DNA of 63,998 nucleotides, filler included, from Lenisia limosa (GCA_001655205.1; 13 parts of 13 records of this genome joined end to end with filler, not necessarily neighbours in it); one strand, 5' to 3'; positions 24,425-37,999 are shown, counted from the whole stretch's first letter. The notes: a model not told the origin generated them from the sequence alone. Made by a program: numbers and translations.

Positions 24425-26884
24425 GCCAGGGTTATAATACGTGTTTTGACGATCCACTTGATTGCCAACCTTTTCATAGCTTGACAGCTTGTGTTTCAGA
24501 TCGGTGACCTCCTATTAAATGAGTAAAATAAAAAGAGGTAAGCAGAGACAAATGACGGAATACTGACCTGTAAGGCAGTTTGCAGCGGGTCAGCAAGTCG
24601 TTTGTTCTCCTGTGCAACTTCATGCATCAGCTTCTCTGTCGCCAACTCCTTCTTCTTCAGCTCCTCAACTTGCTCCTACAACAATAATCACAGCTGTGCA
24701 ATACTTTAAAGTCCCCTCACCCTCACACACCTTCAAGCTTTTAATCAGTTCAAGATTATTAATAGTGATATCATTGTAATAGTTCTTGATTTCACCTGAA
24801 ACAGTAAATGGGCAAACCAGGGAGTTTGTATTTGATTTCTTGAAAAATCAACACACAATTGTAAAAAAAATGAAATAAAACCATATATATTGTAAATAAC
24901 CACACCCTCACCAAATGCAAGCTCATGCTTGTCAAGCAACTCTTTGATATGGCGGTTCTTACGCTCCTCTACTTCATGTACTAAACAATAACACAGCATG
25001 TTGGAGTCCTGTCTCAAAGTTGCTCGTTGGAAAAAGAAGAATGAAAACCATTGCAAAAACCTCAATTATCTTAATTCCAACTTTCTGTCTTGCGTCTGAG
25101 ATCAAGATCATCCCGTTGAGCTTTCAATCGATGATCGTAGCGAGCCTAAATCGGTCAAGATAGAAGGTACACAACTCATTAAGCAGATTGTACCCTTCCC
25201 AACTTCAGCTTCAATAATCAGTCGCTCAAACTCTTCACGTAGCTTAGTGACCTGCTTGTCGTGTTCCTAAGGAGCGGGGGGTCATATCATGTTTAAACGC
25301 AATGATACGGTCAGACAATAGAACTGGGTTTTGCAACAATAACAATCGAGGGAGGGGGGGGGGNNNNNNNNNNNNNNNNNNNNNNNNNNNNNNNNNNNNN
25401 NNNNNNNNNNNNNNNNNNNNNNNNNNNNNNNNNNNNNNNNTAACACACGAGGGTTGATAACAACAAAACAAACGAAGGGAGGGTCAGTCTCCTATGCAGT
25501 ACCGCATTCCATCGTAAAAAAAAATAACCCAAACCCACCAAATTTAGGGCATTAATAGCGTCAGTATGGCTCAATTCAGCTTCTTTCAACTCAACCTGTG
25601 CAATTGAATGTAATAAAGAAGAACGTACATAAAAGGGATACTTTCAGGTTACAAATAATGACTCAGGAGATAAAAGAAGAAGCAAAAAGAGATGAAAGAA
25701 AACTCCTAAACGCACCACCCATTTTTTAGACTTAAAATCGTATGATAATATAAATTTAATACATAATATAGTAGACAATATCATATGATATATTATATTA
25801 TAAGTACGTGACTTGAAAAAAGGAACCGGTACCAACCTTGAGAGCGCGTTTATCTTTCAGTAATTGTGCCTCCTCATCAGTGTGTGTATCATGATGGAGC
25901 TTTAATGTCCTGAAAAAAGTAAGACTAAAACAAAAAGTCCAAGTTGAGGGTCGAGTAATGCTAACAGATAATACTCTCATAAAAAGAGACAGAATAAAAA
26001 CAATAACACCCTGCCTACGTTTCGGCCTCAGCACGATACACAGTGATATTATTCTGATGCTCATAGAGGAGATGTTTCACTTTTTGTTTGTAGACCTGCA
26101 TATTGAGAAGGATGGCATCATAACCAATGAAACTCCAGTCCAGCAAGACTGCCCCACCTTAATTTCAACCCTATGCTTCTCCTCGATTTCCTCTAATTCG
26201 CGGTCCTTGGCTCGGAGCGCAGCAGCACGGTCAGATGAGTCCTGTCGTGAGACTTCCAGTAATGTCGCAATCTTATCCTGGGGTGTAAGTGATGAGGAGA
26301 AGCACTGAATTCCCTTCACAGAATAAATTCAAAGTGCGCTTTAGACTTCTGAATAACCCAAATACAAAAAACAATTCAAAATCTGATGAATACAGAATTA
26401 AACCTCCTCAAACTCTCTCAAGTTGAAAGTAGTTCCTTTGTTCTTTTATTCGCTCCATTTCAACATTCTTGTCTTCCTCCTAGAAAAATTAATATAATGG
26501 CCTGACTTGAAAGTGGCGGGATACTAGAATCAAAAAAAAAAAACAAGATTATTCCAAGAAGCACTCTCACAATTCACTCATCAACAACATAATAAACAGT
26601 CTCAAAGACAACGCAACTTTGACGACAACAAAGAAAACATGTTCAAATTCAAATTTTGTTGATAAAACACTAGCGAACTCTCTTAAGAAGCTCTTCAACC
26701 GTGGGTCCCGTCTCTCCTTCTGCTATAAAATGTAAAACGGTGAGACAATCGTGGAAGGCAAAGTGAACGATGAGAAGGGCTTGGGGAAAACATAAACCAC
26801 TTACCCTTGGGCTTCTTTGGGCGCCTTGGCTTAGGAGGCTAAAATTATAAATATCAAGACTATACATGGTACCACACATACCAT
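24425..26884 (-). CDS. GAS8: Dynein regulatory complex subunit 4 / growth arrest-specific 8 (3' truncated)
   Basis: M|PPKPRRPKK...KEQRNYFQLER|DKIATLLEVSRQ...LRAKDRELEEIEEKHRVEIK...DDLDLRRKTE|VHEVEERKNRHIKELLDKHELAF...QENKRLADPLQ; all are DRC4 hallmark segments. Confidence 0.93.
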
Positions 26885-27195
26885 CCTTGACGAGAAAAGC
26901 TGAGCTAAGTAACGACTTGTTCTTAAGATGAATTATTTTCTCGTTTATATTGTTTAACACTTAATAAAAACACATAAAATGCTCAAATTTATATTTATTT
27001 TCGCTTTTTTTCAACCTCTTTTATACCTCATTTTACATTAGTTATAGTAGTTGCATATTGTATAGCGAGAAAACAAAAAGAAAGAAAATCCCTTTTAAGC
27101 CCAGCCAATCCTCTTTAAGAGCGTGTACATTGTTTGTGTTGTCGTTTTTTGTCAGAAAGCAAACAGGAAGCGCTTCAGTTTGCTGACTCGACACA

Positions 27196-29640
27196 ATGGG
27201 TATGTTTCTTTTCCTTACCTTCCCTTTTGCTGCCTTATTTATACGTATAATCACACATCATGGTTCTGGTGCTGGAAATATGGGGTGGCTTGAGTTTTTT
27301 GTCATCAAATATGCGCGCGCCTTTTTATAGTCATTTGTTCTGTCACTTTTAGTCGCGTTTTGCTTCCTTCTTCAAATATCATAAAGAATAATTGTGGTGT
27401 AACGAAGTTATCCGTAATAAACTACCTATTAACTTCTCACATCAACTCTATTCAGCTAAGCTCAAGCGTGAGGTTGCTGCAGTCAAGAGCTTCTATGATG
27501 AAGATCCAGTTAACAAGCGCCGTTCAGGCTCAAGAGGTACAAATATGCCATGCAATTATTTATTTCCGTTTTTCTTCCTTAGTGCTGCCTCCTCCCTCCC
27601 ACCCCCCGCTTCTCACTCCTCCCTCACCCAACCCTCACTGACACCACATCAGGAGCTGCAACCCCTTCACCAAGCCCATCTGCACAAAACAAAAGGCAAT
27701 CACCGAGTGACAAAACCACGCCAACGAAACGAACTCGCTCGGCTGCCACATCCCCAGCCGAAATCCCCCGCCGCCGCAGTCAGACAAAGCAAACCACGAA
27801 GCTAGAGGTGGGGGGGGGGGGTATTTAAAATTGCGCGTTAATGANNNNNNNNNNNNNNNNNNNNNNNNNNNNNNNNNNNNNNNNNNNNNNNNNNNNNNNN
27901 NNNNNNNNNNNNNNNNNNNNNNGGGTAATAGAATTTAAATAGTTTTATTTAATTAGAGAAACGAAATTAAGTTCAGTTCAGTTCAGTTCATTATTCAATT
28001 CACGTATTATAATTTTATGGGAAAGTGTACTTTCGAACGTTCCCCTTGGCTGGAGTTTCAGTTCCCCCACGTGTATTTTAAATGTATCTTGTAGTTGTTT
28101 CTTCCACCCCTAAATACATATTCTAATCTATTCTACTAATCCCACAGGAAACTACAACACCCAGAAAAAATACCCGCAGTGCCAAGAAGGTAGGAGTTAC
28201 TTTCTTGTGGGTATCTACATACCTTCCACTTAATGTATTTATATTATTTTTAGGTTATCATTGCCAGTGAGTCAGACAAAGAAGAAAGCGAATCAGAAGG
28301 TCTGAATTGTGGAGTTTTGGTCTTGGCATGGATTGTCTTACGGGCAAAATTCTATTCTATGTAACATCGGTTTAATGTAATTTAGCTGACGAGGAAGAAC
28401 AGGTCGAAGAAGAAGAAGTCGAAGAAGAAGAGGACGAAGAAGAAGTTGAAGGTTGGTGATGGGACCAAATATTAGTCGATATGCACAAGGCTTTTTTCAA
28501 CCATATAGTTTCTGATATGATATATATATATATATATATATTGCTTATTTCTGAAGAAGAAGAGTCGGAAGAAGTTGAAGTTTTACCCTCAAAGCGCCGC
28601 GGCCGTTCTTCAAAGTATGTAGCTTTGAGACACATGTCCCAGAATTCTATTGGAAATTGACTTCGCCCTTTGCCATCACCTTAATTTTACTCATACCCAT
28701 TTTAGCGCATCAAAAAAACAAACAAAGGGTACTCCTCAAAAGAAGGCAAAGAAATCCTTGGTGATCAGCTCTGATGAGGAGGTGTGTGATTATCTTCTCT
28801 ATGTGTGTTTTATTATCTTGTAACACGTATTAGGATGAGGGTAGCTCAGAAGATGATGAGAGAACCATTAAACAGATCCCAATCACAGTGCATGCGTAAG
28901 CTTTTCTCACATTTTAGTTCATTTTCCCATATATTTTTGTTTTAAAAAAATTATTTTTCAGTAAGCAGAAGCAGCAATCAATTCTGGTCCGCCAAGAGTT
29001 TGTATGGCGCCATCGCAGCACCTTCGCACCTTTCACACCAAGGCTGACCAACCCCAAGGTTTGCGAATCAGTTTTGCTTTCTCCATATTTTAGCTAGACA
29101 TTTGAATCTTATTTCCTAACCCATATAGACTGGAAAGAAGGTCTTGAAAAAGAGCTTCCCAAAAGACAACGCTGATGATGAGAAATACGACAAAAAAATC
29201 ACCAAGTCTGTTCCAGCTTTCGAAGAATCGCCCAAATGGTATGCTCCGTGGAATTATACTGACTGACTTTCTAATGAATCTGTTTATATTTGAGTTTAAA
29301 AGATACAAGAAGAATATATTAACACCTTATGTAAACGCACTCACCATTTAGGATTGAGGGAGGTACCATGAGAGACTATCAGCTTGAGGGCTTGACGTGG
29401 CTTGCTCGCATGCATATCAGAAGTCGTGTCGGAATCCTTGGTTAGGGGTTTAAACAGCAACTGTCACTCGCTCTTTTTTTTTTTTTTTGTTTGNNNNNNN
29501 NNNNNNNNNNNNNNNNNNNNNNNNNNNNNNNNNNNNNNNNNNNNNNNNNNNNNNNNNNNNNNNNNNNNNNNNNNNNNNNNNNNCGAAATGGGTCTCGGAA
29601 AAACACTGCAGATCATCTCATTCCTTGGCTGGCTCAAAGT
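27196..29640 (+). CDS. SNF2-family helicase/chromatin remodeller, N-terminal part only
   Basis: Long acidic/basic low-complexity N-terminus, then GGTMRDYQLEGLTWL...GIL...EMGLGKTLQIISFLGWLK (SNF2_N Q motif and Walker A). Subfamily cannot be assigned. Confidence 0.88.
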
Positions 29641-29706
29641 CCGTTTTTATACCTGTTATTCTAAAGGGAATTAGTAGCTACCCCGAGTAAACTGATTGTA
29701 ACGTTA

Positions 29707-29806
29707 NNNNNNNNNNNNNNNNNNNNNNNNNNNNNNNNNNNNNNNNNNNNTTAATTAATTAANNNNNNNNNNNNNNNNNNNNNNNNNNNNNNNNNNNNNN
29801 NNNNNN
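29707..29806. other. Artificial scaffold-joining linker
   Basis: 44 N + TTAATTAATTAA (29751-29762) + 44 N. Confidence 0.97.
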
Positions 29807-29905
29807 TGTTTTGTTGTTATCAACCCTTGTGTGCTGTCAGCCAACAGAGTTGATTTTGGGCTCTTTGTTTATATAAATTGTCCAATTTTATTCTCTCCCC
29901 CTCAG
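29807..29905 (+). mobile_element. Repeat family B, 3' part ending at a splice acceptor
   Basis: TTATCAACCCTTGTGTGCTGTCAGCCAACAGAGTTGATTTTGGGCTC...ATAAATTGTCCAATTTTATTCTCTCCCCCTCAG|exon. Confidence 0.75.
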
Positions 29906-32842
29906 AACTTTGTAACAGTTGAGCAATGCACCAAAGGCAACACTGCAGAGGGCGTATACGACAACGACCGTGCGACAACCGTCTATCCGAAATCTGGTGG
30001 GGGGGGGTGTAGCGATAGGGCTTCACTTTGGTTCGAAAAAACTGAATTTTTCAATAAGTCCTCGAAAACTATCGATATTTTACCGGTATTTTTCGAACCA
30101 AAGTGAAGCCATAGGTAGCGAACGAATCAAGGGAGGGGGGGGGGGCATAAACCNNNNNNNNNNNNNNNNNNNNNNNNNNNNNNNNNNNNNNNNNNNNNNN
30201 NNNNNNNNNNNNNNNNNNNNNNNNNNNNNNNNNNNNAATTCTTGATTTTTCAAAATATATAAAGAAATCTTTTTTTTTTACTAAATGTACAAAAAAAAAT
30301 CTGCATTTCTCACACAATCCAGTGAAGGAGATCTTTGGCGTTCAACTAGCTGCTATTGGAACACCGGATATCTTGGACATTACCGCCATATACTACCTTG
30401 GAGATGGGAGGTGAGTAGAACTTCACTCCGGTACGAAAAAAGACCGATTAAGTGTCTATGATATGATTTTGCTCTGTCTGTTTGTGTCTGACCTATTCTT
30501 TGTTGAAATTCGTTCTTTATTCTTTGAACTTTCTGCTGGTTCCATTATTTATTATACATAAAGTATAATAAATAATAAAAAAAGGGGGAGATTTATCTGG
30601 CCAAAGCCGTCCACACGCTTATATCTAATACTTGCCTTACAATTCTGTGCACGCTTCACTTCGGTTCGAAAAAAGACCAAATTTCTCTTTCAATCCTCGT
30701 ATTGTACCCTTCTTTTTCGAAGCACAATATATCCCCACCTCTAACCCTTCAAAGGGCCGGCGACGTCGTCATTAGCGATGATAGTGTCACGTGGGAAACC
30801 CTTGCTCAGACTTATGGTGGGGGAGGGTAGATTGTTATTGTGGTGGTGGCCTTGATATTATGATAGCGTCTCTCTACTCCTGTGATAATTGATCAATAAG
30901 TCTCAGTGATGAAAAAGAATCCCTGCTCTAACCGCCCAGAAAACGACCCCTCCATCTCCAGTGGTCCCTATGTCGAGTTTCACATTGTGGCATTCCCTGC
31001 TGGCTTTTCTTCTAAGGCTTTTATCGGCTTTTCAGGGTCGTGGGTGGGGCTTCTTCTTTGTAGCCCTTGTCCTATGTTTTCCATATGTTGTCAAAGATGT
31101 CGGCTTGTCTAAAAAATGGGGTGGCTCTTAGAAAGAATGTCTGTAGTTGCAAAAATTGACCTCTTTATACCACTTTTATCACAAGATGTCAACATCAGAG
31201 ATTATTCTGGGGTGGAGGTGTTTTGTTTTAATTGTGGCTTCACCTTTCGGTTCGAAAAAAGACTGAATTTCTCGATAAATCTTCGAAAATATCGATATTT
31301 TACCGACCGAAGTGAAGCCCTTGCAAATTTCAATTGTACTCTTTTATAGAGTTGATTCAGAGCTTTCTTTGTTTCTGCTCATATTGTCCATATTGACCAG
31401 TTTTACCCCCTAGAACGACCCCCCTGAGGGAATTTGCCATTATCTACGAGCAACAAGCAGGCGGCTGCACGGCATGCCCATCTGGTGGGGTATTTGGTTC
31501 ATGTCAGGTGTTTGTCTGATTACAGTGATCTCTACGCTCAACGGGTTTTCCAATTATTGCCCACATTCTTAACACGCTCATTTCCCAATAATAGCCCAAT
31601 TTAGGTTCATATATCACTCTATCCCCCAAGGTTCAATTATAATCCAATTTAGGTTCCTTTATCCCCATTTTTTTTAATATGACGCAATTTAGGTTACACT
31701 GGAGACGGAAAAGTCTGCAGTGAAAATGACGAATGCACAGACCCTGCTTTCGAATATCCTTGCCAGCAGGTGCGGGGAGAGGGGAGCATACTGCGGGTGG
31801 TGATGGTGGTGATGAGACTTGAGGGAGGTGTGAGTATATTCAATTTCATCATATCACACTTTCAGACATGCACCAACTCCCCCGCAGGATCGTATACTTG
31901 CTCATGCATTGAAGGGTTTGTGGGTTGGCAGTAGGGCTTCATTTCGGTTCAAAAAAAGACTGAATTTTTGATAAATCCTCGAAAACTACCGATATTTTAC
32001 CAGTCTTTTTCACACCGAAGTGAAGCCTTAGTTGATAGCATTGGGTTTCAATTAGAAAAGATGCTTCGGATGGTAGATTAATTATTGGAATACGCCTTCC
32101 TTGGAGACCGGGTTCAATGAGCTTCCATTTTACTTCATATCCTTCCGCAATAAACACCCTTCCCTTCATCACTCAGAAGATATTATCTTGATATTATATC
32201 ATTAACCCACCAATCCTAATGAAATCTGCGACAAAGTTGACAGCAATCTTATATTTCATACATAAAGGTGCCAAGTAGATCCCCTCATCAATCATTGATA
32301 TTATTTACTCACCAACTCAGCTACATATTCATAGCATCACCAAATCAGCTACAAATTCATACCGTCACCAAATCAGCTACATATTCACCATCTCATCACC
32401 AACTCAGGTACAAAGTAGATCCCGACGATCGCCACCATTGTGTCGATATTGACGAATGCGCTGCCGGCACCCATGACTGCGAACAGGTGGGAGGGAGGGG
32501 GTATATAAGGGGNNNNNNNNNNNNNNNNNNNNNNNNNNNNNNNNNNNNNNNNNNNNNNNNNNNNNNNNNNNATATAGGTAAAATATCGATAGTTTTCGAG
32601 GATTTATCTGAAAATTCAGTCTTTTTTACGTAGGTTTATACACGCTATATTTAAAAATAACCCGGGGGTGTAGCGGTGAATGACTAAAGAGGTCCCTCCC
32701 CCCTCCAATTCGGAGTTTCAGATTTGGAGCATCTTTAAGCCAATAGCTATTTTACTATAAATTTGCCAGTTTTACCCCCCCCTCTCCAGAAATGTTTGAA
32801 TGAGTCTCCCGGCTTCATCTGCTCTTGTAACCCCGGATTCTC
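29906..32842 (+). CDS. Extracellular protein with calcium-binding EGF-like repeats (internal fragment)
   Basis: GYTGDGKVCSENDECTDPAFEYPCQQ|TCTNSPAGSYTCSCIEG|YKVDPDDRHHCVDIDECAAGTHDCEQ|KCLNESPGFICSCNPGF: three cbEGF modules (DxDEC...CxN...YxCxC). Confidence 0.85.
30018..30111. mobile_element. MITE family A
   Basis: TA|GGGCTTCACTTTGGTTCGAAAAA...TTTTTCGAACCAAAGTGAAGCCA|TA, 94 bp. Confidence 0.88.
30595..30652 (-). mobile_element. Family D, internally deleted copy, abutting a partial MITE A
   Basis: ATCTGGCCAAAGCCGTCCACACGCTTAT...TTGCCTTACAATTCTGTGCAC, immediately followed by GCTTCACTTCGGTTCGAAAAAAGAC. Confidence 0.6.
31236..31320. mobile_element. MITE family A
   Basis: GGCTTCACCTTTCGGTTCGAAAAAAGACTGAATTTCTCGATAAAT...ACCGAAGTGAAGCCC. 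Confidence 0.85.
31934..32028. mobile_element. MITE family A
   Basis: TA|GGGCTTCATTTCGGTTC...ACCGAAGTGAAGCCT|TA, 95 bp. Confidence 0.88.
32308..32407 (+). repeat. ~28-bp tandem repeat (about 3.5 copies) made of a duplicated splice-acceptor region
   Basis: Unit (A/C)TCACCAA(C/A)TCAGCTACA(T/A)ATTCA...; the last CAG is the acceptor of an EGF exon. Confidence 0.75.
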
Positions 32843-32942
32843 NNNNNNNNNNNNNNNNNNNNNNNNNNNNNNNNNNNNNNNNNNNNTTAATTAATTAANN
32901 NNNNNNNNNNNNNNNNNNNNNNNNNNNNNNNNNNNNNNNNNN
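32843..32942. other. Artificial scaffold-joining linker
   Basis: 44 N + TTAATTAATTAA (32887-32898) + 44 N. Confidence 0.97.
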
Positions 32943-35900
32943 CCAAATCCCATCACTCCCGCGGGGTGTCCCATCACTCCCGCGGGGTGAAGACGGCCAT
33001 TTTTATGATGACATCCCAAAAAGAAGGGACGGCGATTGGCTCCATCCCCCAACCAGCAACACTGCGCCGCCGGCCGCCGGAAGCATCCATCAGAGAGGGT
33101 TTGAGAACTTCTGGCCCGCCGCATGACGTCAGCTGACTCACCAATGCGTTGTCTGGGGGGGGGGGAGGTAATGGAATNNNNNNNNNNNNNNNNNNNNNNN
33201 NNNNNNNNNNNNNNNNNNNNNNNNNNNNNNNNNNNNNNNNNNNNNNNNNNNNNNNNNNNNNNNNNNNNNNNNNNNNNNNNNNNNNNNNNNNNNNNNNNNN
33301 NGGTCAAATGTTGGAAATATGCATGGTTGGCCAGTGAAAAAAGCTCACCTCCAAGTTTAGTTAAATTGATAACAAAGTCATTAGACGTTGTTGTGGTTGG
33401 CACTGCATCGTAAACAAGGGATGGTGATTCAAATAAGTATCCCTTGACCTCAACCCACGCATGAAAGGAGACGATATTTCTCCCGGGAGAGGAATGTCAG
33501 AGTCGGAGATTGGGCTTGTGATGAGGCGGGGGGAGTGGGCCCGACTACAAAACAAATTAGGAGGAGACAACCATAAAAAGTAGACGAACATCAAATTTCC
33601 CCCATATCACCTGTCAAAAGATGTGAAGGAAGAACCTCGCTCAGCCCTATAGTGGTGAGTTTTTGAGACAACATTCTTGTATTATCTGGTAAAATAGAGC
33701 TATATACTTGAGCCTGAAAGCAGACTCTCAAATCAGTCCCAGCTGGACAGCAAAATCTTCCAAATACTCCGAGAGAGGAAAGATTAATTATTACATTTTT
33801 TATACCGCCCTTAACTCAATTTTGAAGGAGGAACAAATAACCTTTTTCTAGGGTAAATTACGTTCAATTTGAAAAAATATTCTGATTGAAAACCTGCTTG
33901 AAGAGCCACAGGGAACACACACCTGATTGTGGCATCTAAAGCCATGGCGTTGGCGCCTCGCGTGGAGCTTGGTGGTGCCTGCCCCAAGTGGATAGCTGAA
34001 TAAATAAAGAATNNNNNNNNNNNNNNNNNNNNNNNNNNNNNNNNNNNNNNNNNNNNNNNNNNNNNNNNNNNNNNNNNNNNNNNNNNNNNNNNNNNNNNNN
34101 NNNNNNNNNNNNNNNNNNNNNNNNNNNNNNCCATCTCTCCAAAGGCCAGACAAACCTCTACTTTGATTGAAACCGAGAGTCTTCACGACAACAAAAATGG
34201 CAGCTGAAATATCAATGTTGATAAGAGAATTTCCCTAAGTTTTAATCATAAAAATTGAACTTCAAACGAATAAACAGCCCCTTACTGGCTAAGAAGCCAA
34301 GCAAAGTGAAGATTGGTGCTGCACCTTCTGGCAGAATAACGAGGGCGATTAGACGGGAAAATGAAGCCATCATGCCTAATGGGATCAGTGTAAAAAAACA
34401 AAATAAGAACATAGGGTATAATATGCGTATCATATTAATATAGCTATGATATGCATAATGTTTATCTTCTCAACANNNNNNNNNNNNNNNNNNNNNNNNN
34501 NNNNNNNNNNNNNNNNNNNNNNNNNNNNNNNNNNNNNNNNNNNNNNNNNNNNNNNNNNNNNNNNAATTGACCACCATGAGCAACACTAGGATAAATAAGA
34601 AATAGAAATAGGAGAGCAAATTTGAAGGCGACGGTCTTTAGATATCATTAAAGAGGTAAGATATCAATTATTTTGCCCTTTTTCTAAAACATTAGATTGT
34701 GTCTACCTTAAGTCCCTCAAACTGAAGCAAAACGCGAAAGTCAGCATGGCAGCGCCGATAATGTGTGCCACGTTTTCAGATGGCAGACTATTCGAGTAAA
34801 TAATGAATGCATCAAGCATATCACACTATTCGGGTTAATAATGTGCATCAAGCATATCGGCTCTGGATAGCATTGAGAAATCCAAGCCTACAATTTGATC
34901 ACTTCATGTGACAGGAAGCCAACCCATGCTGCAACAACCATCTATGAGGTTAGCCAACAGATGAGTGAAAACTGGAACCCCAGTAACTTGTATTTTACCC
35001 CTGTTTGTTTTTTTGTTTTTGGAGTTTAAGATTATTCAGTTCGTGATTAGTACCTTTAAGCCAATATTCTTCATCAGAATTTCCTTCGTTTGACTCCCCC
35101 CCCCCCTCACCTTGAACCCTGCAATAGACAACGACCCGGCCCGCGACACAAAGAAGCGTGACAAGTACCGGTATTTGCCAGCATGGCGGGATAATACCCA
35201 AAGCTGACTTGAAGGCCCTACGTGTCAGAGCTAGAATAATTGCAAAATAACTGCAAAATTCACAAAGCCTAGGGTACCTGTAGGCCAAGACTCAGCAACA
35301 GATACACCATACATATTAAATACTGGGTTTACCGAGAAGAATAAGGGCGAAGAGAGAGAAGGCCACGAAAGCAATGTGCTTATCAGACCAACAAGGTTCC
35401 TCCGTAAGACTTGCTGAAAGCATGAGCGAATAGAAAGACAAGCCAATATCCATAAAACGAAATTCATTGAAGAGTCCATTTGGTTAAAATTTCTGGAATT
35501 GAGTCCCTATCTCGAAATCCTTTACTGAGTACCGAGTTAAAGTAAAGGCAAAACACAATGGTTTAATCCGAGTTTGTTGTGGAATAGTTGTGTTGTCATA
35601 TAAAACTGAAAATGTTATCAACTGCTTTCCAAATTAATACAATAACGTGACACAGTAGTATGTAATCGCTAGATTTGAAAGAATGTATGTAGCACATGAC
35701 CATTGAAGCCTACCAGTGCCGTCAACACACACAGCGGATTTGAAGAAATAGACCATGAATGGCAGGGCGACCAGAGGCTCAATAAGAGACAAAACAGAGG
35801 CACATCGTGCCCACGTCTTTCCCCCAAAAAATGACCCTTGGACAAGCCACACGATGGAGAGAGCCCAAGCACAGACTATTGTGGAGTGAGATCAGCACTG

Positions 35901-37015
35901 TTTTAATTGGTTAAGTTACAAGTACATAATATGAAGAATTGTACCTGTTAGAACAGTCCCACCATACGCATTATAATAGCATCATTGCGATACGACGTGG
36001 AGACCAAGAAAGTGTAGTCCGCCACATCACTGAGTACTTTTGTTGCCTGCACAGTAAGGCCATTCTAACAAAAGTATGATACCTCTCCACCCCATGAAAA
36101 TACACCCTATATCACCCCTGCTTACCGAGGATGAAGTCCTACCAAGTGGCAAGAGGAAAGGAACAAGCGCTGCGTGCATCATTTCAACAACAATTCCTGG
36201 GGGGGGGGGTTACAACATATCAAGCGGTTTCACAAGAAATACGCACCATCAAACAGAAAAACCCAAATAATTAGAAGTACCTGAGAAGGCGAGGATGTTG
36301 TGCCAGTTCCAGTGGACAGGGTCATTGCAGTCAAAGAATTTCAAATACTACAAACACTATGATCCAAATGACGTGAAGTTTTGTTTTTTGCATCATTAGC
36401 CAAAAGAAGAAGGGCCAAAAAGTACGGTCCCTTCACCCACAGTGGCATCAGCAGCAGTAAGGATGGGGGAAAGGATGAAGGCAATCAGAAGGGCCGCTGC
36501 AATAAATGATAACGTCACCAAAATGAACGTCCGCCGGTTACTGCAACGATTAGTGCTATATAATGATGTCGAATGGCATTTTTAGCTCAATAAATTGTTA
36601 AAAAGAAATATTTAATTAAAATTGATGAATATGAGAGATAGGGAAATTAGCACAGCAGCATCTGATGGAAATACACCTAGTGTATCATATAAAGAAAACT
36701 GCATCTCATCTATATATTTTCGTAAAGCAAATACCTTGTTAGAAATAAAAAAACTCTGCCAAATAATCCCACTATTCATCCGAATCGTTTTGGTCGGAGC
36801 TCCGCATGGATATTGAGATGATACATCCGAGCACGACAACTGCCAAAATTGAAAACACAACGCCAGCAAAGAAAATCGCAATCAGCGTGTTTTGCGGCCT
36901 AAAGCTGTTAGTCAAAATGAACTGCTTCATACTTTTCATTTTGTGGGGAAGAAGAGGTCTTGCGAAGAGGAGGAGGCGAGGGCTTGGAAGCCACCCCTCC
37001 TCGTGAGGGTGCCAT
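32943..37015 (-). CDS. Multi-exon gene (possibly two) encoding a multi-pass membrane protein of unknown family
   Basis: Hydrophobic exons such as NTLIAIFFAGVVFSILAVVVLG, NRRTFILVTLSFIAAALLIAFILSPIL, YLKFFDCNDPVHWNWHNILAFS|GIVVEMMHAALVPFLLPL, MMASFSRLIALVILPEGAAPIFTLLGFL, bounded by GT-AG introns. The full model was not resolved. Confidence 0.5.
35021..35106 (+). mobile_element. Family C copy, antisense to the host gene, abutting a donor
   Basis: GGAGTTTAAGATTATTCAGTTCGTGATTAGTACCTTTAAGCCAATATTCTTCATCAGAATTTCCTTCGTTTGACTCCCCCCCCCCC then TCAC; on the minus strand this reads GTGAG-(G)n. Confidence 0.75.
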
Positions 37016-37275
37016 TTTTTGCCTTATTCACAAGGAGTTTTAGCATCAATACATAAGTTAATTATTTATTTTTTTTATGTGTGAACTTCATAGTACTGTT
37101 TTTTCGTTCTGTTTCATGTTTCCGATGTTTCCATAATTTCGAAAATTCATTTAAATATATAAATATAATAAGGTATGTGCGGATAGTTGTCATGTCGACA
37201 TTTGGCGACGACGGCGAAAACGACAATTTATGCACGATTTAGAGTATAAGTTTACTTAAATCGGATTTCTTCAAC

Positions 37276-37999
37276 ATGTTCCACCTTCACCATCTTATGC
37301 TTCGCATCAAGGACCCTAAGGTCTCTCTCCCCTTCTATACCGAAGTTTTAGGCATGAAACTGGCGTGCACTAAGAAATTCGACTCCTTCTCTCTCTATTT
37401 CCTTGGTTTCCTTGATGAGGTTCCAACTTTTGAGAGTAACCGTGAAGCTGACGAGTTCCTCTTCAAGAACCGTGGTACTTTCCTTGAGTTGACGCACAAC
37501 CACGGAACCGAGAATGATGACAGTTTCAAGGTGTCTAACGGCAATGAGCCTGGTCACCAGGTGAGGATTTCAGTTCAACTGGCCGGTCTTTTCAATCACA
37601 ACATTAAACCAATTCACTATTTAATTTTTTATAAATCATATTGAATTTACCATTCATATATATTTTTCCACGCCAAGAAGACTTCCCTTTTATTGACCCC
37701 TCAGGGTTACGGCCACATTGCCCTCACCTGCCCCAATGTCGATGACGCCGTTGAAAAGCTTCTTGCCCATAAGGTCGGTTCAAATAGAAAAACAATGACA
37801 ATGGCTAAGTTCTCAAACCCTCCATTTGACCCCTGCAGGTTAAGTTCACTAAACTTCCCAACGATGGAATGATGAAGGGTCTTGCCTTCTTCGTTGATCC
37901 TGACAACTACAAGATCGAGCTCCTCCCCATGGTTAGTGTTGAGAGCCATTTATCAAATCGTTCTTCTGTGTTTGGTTAATTTCCCAGGGTCCCCTGTAA
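37276..37999 (+). CDS. GLO1: Lactoylglutathione lyase (glyoxalase I), 4 exons, about 152 aa, complete
   Basis: [27 protein letters not shown]...[13 protein letters not shown]...|[19 protein letters not shown]...|[22 protein letters not shown]|GPL*; metal ligands H, E, H, E present. Exons about 37276-37560, 37705-37773, 37839-37931, 37988-37999. Confidence 0.96.

Noticed and set aside
24180-24500. Clustering of ciliary genes (DNAAF4, CEP120-like, DRC4) as one locus
   Set aside because: DRC4 lies across an artificial linker from the other two, so only the DNAAF4-CEP120-like adjacency is real.
30018-30111. MITE A as an introner (intron-generating element)
   Set aside because: Copies sit inside introns at variable distances from both splice sites and in both orientations; their ends do not coincide with GT or AG.
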